Assembly (NCBI GenBank): GCA_036172245.1
Contig: JAYWIR010000076.1
Span: forward strand, 62,001 to 126,000
DNA length: 64,000 bases
Direction: 5' to 3'
Source: Raillietiella orientalis
Taxonomy: Eukaryota
The position numbers and the translations under genes were made by a program. Of the stretch, positions 60,728-64,000 are shown piece after piece. Within the stretch, counting starts at the first letter, position 1, and each line of letters begins with the position of its first letter. The notes below the pieces were generated by a model that worked only from the letters and a program-made list of their open reading frames with translations, did no database searches and had not been told where the DNA came from.

Positions 60728-62264
60728 CTTCCCCGTGTCGTTCTAGAGAGCGGACGTGGTGTGGCATCGCTCCAAGGAATGGTTAGAGGGAAGCTTTTCG
60801 TTAATTGTCTGGTGTGTTTGAGCACCGGTGTCCCATGGCAGCAATGCCTGAAGACACCGCGATGGAAGCTGGAGGATGAGAAGCGACATGCTCTCCTGCA
60901 CCAATGAAAGTGGGGCGTCCGCTTCCACGTAATCCGGGGCAATTGTTCCATTGTAATCGGGGGCAACCGCCCCTTCGAGACTCTCATCGCCATTAGCTTT
61001 GAAGGCTCCGGAGGCAGGTAAGGCCGATCCAGACATCGAAAGTGCGTCCTCTTCAGCGTAGGCGCCACCAAAGAAGACGGGACGTGAGTCTTAGAATCCC
61101 AGGAGGCGCATCCGGATCAATAAGGAGGCGAATAAATCGGCCCCGGAGGAAAAAGTCGGCAGCGTGGGAGGCAAGGGTGGGAATATCTCATTCCCCGACA
61201 CCGTGCAGCTAGCGACCATGGAGGAGGATGTGCAGGTGGGTGAACCCCTACTTCCTCTGCAAGGTCCCGACGACGAATGGTCCTTAATGGAGGAGGGAGA
61301 AGCGGTGCGCGACGCAACCCCTCCTCCTAGCGTCCCGCCCGACAAGAGGGCGGGAGCCCCATTGCCAATTTCCCAGGATTAACACCTGGACTCCCCTGTC
61401 GCCGTAGGATACGCGTAGGCTGCTGGAACGTCAACGGGCTGCGCGATGACGGCAACAGGCGGGACACAACCGACATCCTGCGTGACTTCGACGTGACACT
61501 CCTGCAGGAGATCCACGTGATCACCGCGTACAACGCCCAGGAGATCGAAAGGATCGCAGAGGGTCGTCTGTGTTGGCAATGCGGCGCTCGCAACACATGT
61601 GGCGTCGCGTTTCTTATCATGCCAGCAGTCGCTTCCTTCGTCAAGGACGTACGATTCGACAAGGACAGTTGGGTTGGCCAGCTTATCCTTAGGTGGTCCG
61701 ACTCGATAGATCTTGTCGTGACTAATGTGTACGCTTCGATCGGAGGACGCCGGTACGGGGAACGTTCCCGGTTCCTCGATACCCTGAAGCACGACTGGCT
61801 GGAGGAAACAAACGTACGAAAGGCACATCTGATCAGTGGGGATTTCTACATCAGCCTGCTCTCGGGTGTGCCTTGCAGACAAAAAGACGCAACCACCGAG
61901 TTACGCGCCGCTATGCATACGCGCAACTTGCCGGGGGACCTAGCAAAAATTACTCAAAGCGTAGACCCCGTCTTCCTTGACGCCGACCTGTGCCCACGGG
62001 TCGGCAGACCAGGGAAACTTTCGTCAACGCTATCGGACCACTTGCGGTTGATAATAGAGATTATGCCACGCGACAAAGGACCACCATCCAGGGCGTGGCG
62101 TATACCAGGGGACTGGACGCGCATCTCCGGTGCAGCGGAACATCTCCGTCAGTTCCTCTGAAGTGTCATACTCCGAAACCTCGAAGACTGGGACCGCATG
62201 AAGATCTCGGTATGCGAGTTCTGCGAGAATTTCCCTTTGCACCGCCTGCCCCAGGAATTTGGTG
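60728..62264 (+). mobile_element. Subfamily I element, 5' portion with an internal ORF1 deletion (about 61000), cut at the 'GFG' site
   Basis: Matches 55910-55650 and then 54460-53915 (reverse complement); EN ORF 61493-62161. Confidence 0.88.
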
Positions 62265-64000
62265 TTACAACCCGGGTACGCCCAGGACGATTATTAAAAA
62301 AAACTCTACAATTGCGGTACCAGGCCCCGCTCACGGCCTTATGCACACGATCTACCGGTACGCCGGGACGCAGCCCGGCGTGGCACTCCCCGGCAGCGAC
62401 AGGGGATGGGGAAAAAACAGAAGTGAAATAAAAAAACCACAAACAAACAAAAGAGGTTGGAGGGCAGGGAAGGGATCATCGTTCGCTGAGAGGAGGGCCC
62501 ATCCGTTGAAGGAAGCCCTCGAAGTCCATCCGTATCTTCCTTAGTTGGGGCCATCGAGCAGCTCTCCGCAAGAAGCGTTGGGCATATGGGATGACATCCC
62601 TCGCGTGTTGACCCACTTCTTCCTTGTTAGTGTCGCTATATGCCGCCACGATGCCACGGACGCAGCACCAGGCTGCAAGGGCTGCGGCTGGATGCAGGGC
62701 GTCCTTCACGAAGAGGGGCCGAAGAACGTCTATAGGGAACTGCCCGTAGGGAGACCGAGGATCGTACCAAATCGTTCCCAAAGGGGACGAAGGGCAGCAC
62801 AGTCCACAATAAGGTTGGAGAGCGATTCCCGCTCTCCGCACCTGACACACGCAGGATCCACAACTCCTCTTGTCCAGTGAGAGCATAGTGCGTTGCAGGG
62901 TAAACCCCAATGCAACAACAGCAACGCCGACTCTTTCCAATTAAGGAGTAGGATCCTGGATTCCTGAAGAAGCGGGGGCCACTTCAGCACATCCATAGGG
63001 ATGACCAGCAGCTCGCCCCATCTTCTCAGTCCTCGCAACTGGACGCTCGGTGTTGTGGCGTCGGCCAGTTCTCCTGTTGTCCAGCCGCTGATCAACTTCT
63101 CGCGTCCCTTGATGCAGCAGGAGACATGCCACCTTGTCGTCCGGCTGCTGTGAAGTGCCCTCCTCAGGAAGGGCAGCGCCGTAGCTAGGCAGGTCGTCTC
63201 TGCCCACGTGCATCTTACTGGAATCTCCAGGAGATTCCGCAGCGTGCGGCGGGCGAAGGGGCTGCATCGGAGACGATTCCACGTTTCGTGGCTCCTCTGG
63301 TTAACCGCTACCCACGTTCCAATATTCACCTCCAGCCAGGCGGGGGAGTTGGCGGGGCAGCAAACCATCCAGCTGTTCTCCTTGGCCAATATAGCCATGC
63401 GCCCGAGCAGTAGGCCGCATCTTCGCATCTTCCGGCCACGGCTCAGAAGAAAAGACGCGAGTCCATCGCACTGGGACACACGGCTGGCCAGGAGGCGGGC
63501 TGGAGTGCACCAAGGAGTGCTCAACATCTTCGCTGCGATGGCGAGGGTTCGCCACTGCAGCTGATTCTCCACGCGCTCCAGCGTCAGGAGGCGAAAACCG
63601 CCGTCGCGACGCGGAGCGCACAAGTCCTTCAGAGGGACTCGGGGCCTCCCCTTGCCCCAAAGGGCGATACGGAGGAGGTCCTTCGTCCTGTTCTTGGATT
63701 CCACGGTGAGGGGCATACAAAAAGCAAGGGGCGGAGGATAAAGGCCGCAAAGGCGTTTCAAACCGCGGCCCGTTCCGGCAAGTGAAACTTGCCTTCCAGG
63801 AACGGGCCGATCGCCGGCTCGTCTTTTTGGAGGCAGCTGGACCACGCTTCCGCAGGGGAGGAGTCCCCCAACGGCACACCGAGGTACTTGAAGCACCTCG
63901 CCGTAGGGATCCCCAAACAGATTCAGTCCTGCTGCCCTGCCCACGCCGCACCTATCGGCACAACCGACGACTTCGCCACTGTTAACCTGCTGTCCGGTCC
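62265..64000 (-). mobile_element. C-like element, 3' portion, running off the window
   Basis: Colinear with 5902-7660 and 52099-53840. Confidence 0.9.

Noticed and set aside
1..64000. Host species assignment, or RIP/methylation-driven decay
   Set aside because: There is no host gene to identify the organism. CpG remains abundant, and I cannot quantify a mutation bias by eye.

Overview
Eukaryotic-type DNA, GC-rich, made almost entirely of about 20 nested or adjacent copies and fragments of L1/Tx1-like non-LTR retrotransposons from roughly nine subfamilies, in both orientations. Subfamily letters below are my own labels. Each element has ORF1 (gag-like, CCHC zinc knuckles) and ORF2 (APE-type endonuclease, YADD reverse transcriptase, C-terminal Cys/His finger). 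I see no host gene, RNA gene or CRISPR array, and every copy carries stops, frameshifts or truncations. Four things stand out. (1) The elements appear to target one another at fixed positions. Four junctions plus one leftover spacer fall at the same nucleotide of the ORF2 'GFG' codons (antisense), two at the endonuclease 'GDFN' codons (sense), and a tandem pair shares one 12-bp target. (2) There are no poly(A) tails; the 3' ends carry a hairpin, a covarying H-type pseudoknot, AATAAA and a terminal stem-loop. (3) The ORF1 stop and ORF2 start overlap (TAATG/TGATG) inside a conserved hairpin, and three subfamilies have ACA in place of the ATG. (4) The endonuclease is about 20 aa shorter than human L1 EN in the region of the target-contacting loop. 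All alignments were done by eye, and boundaries without a TSD are approximate.
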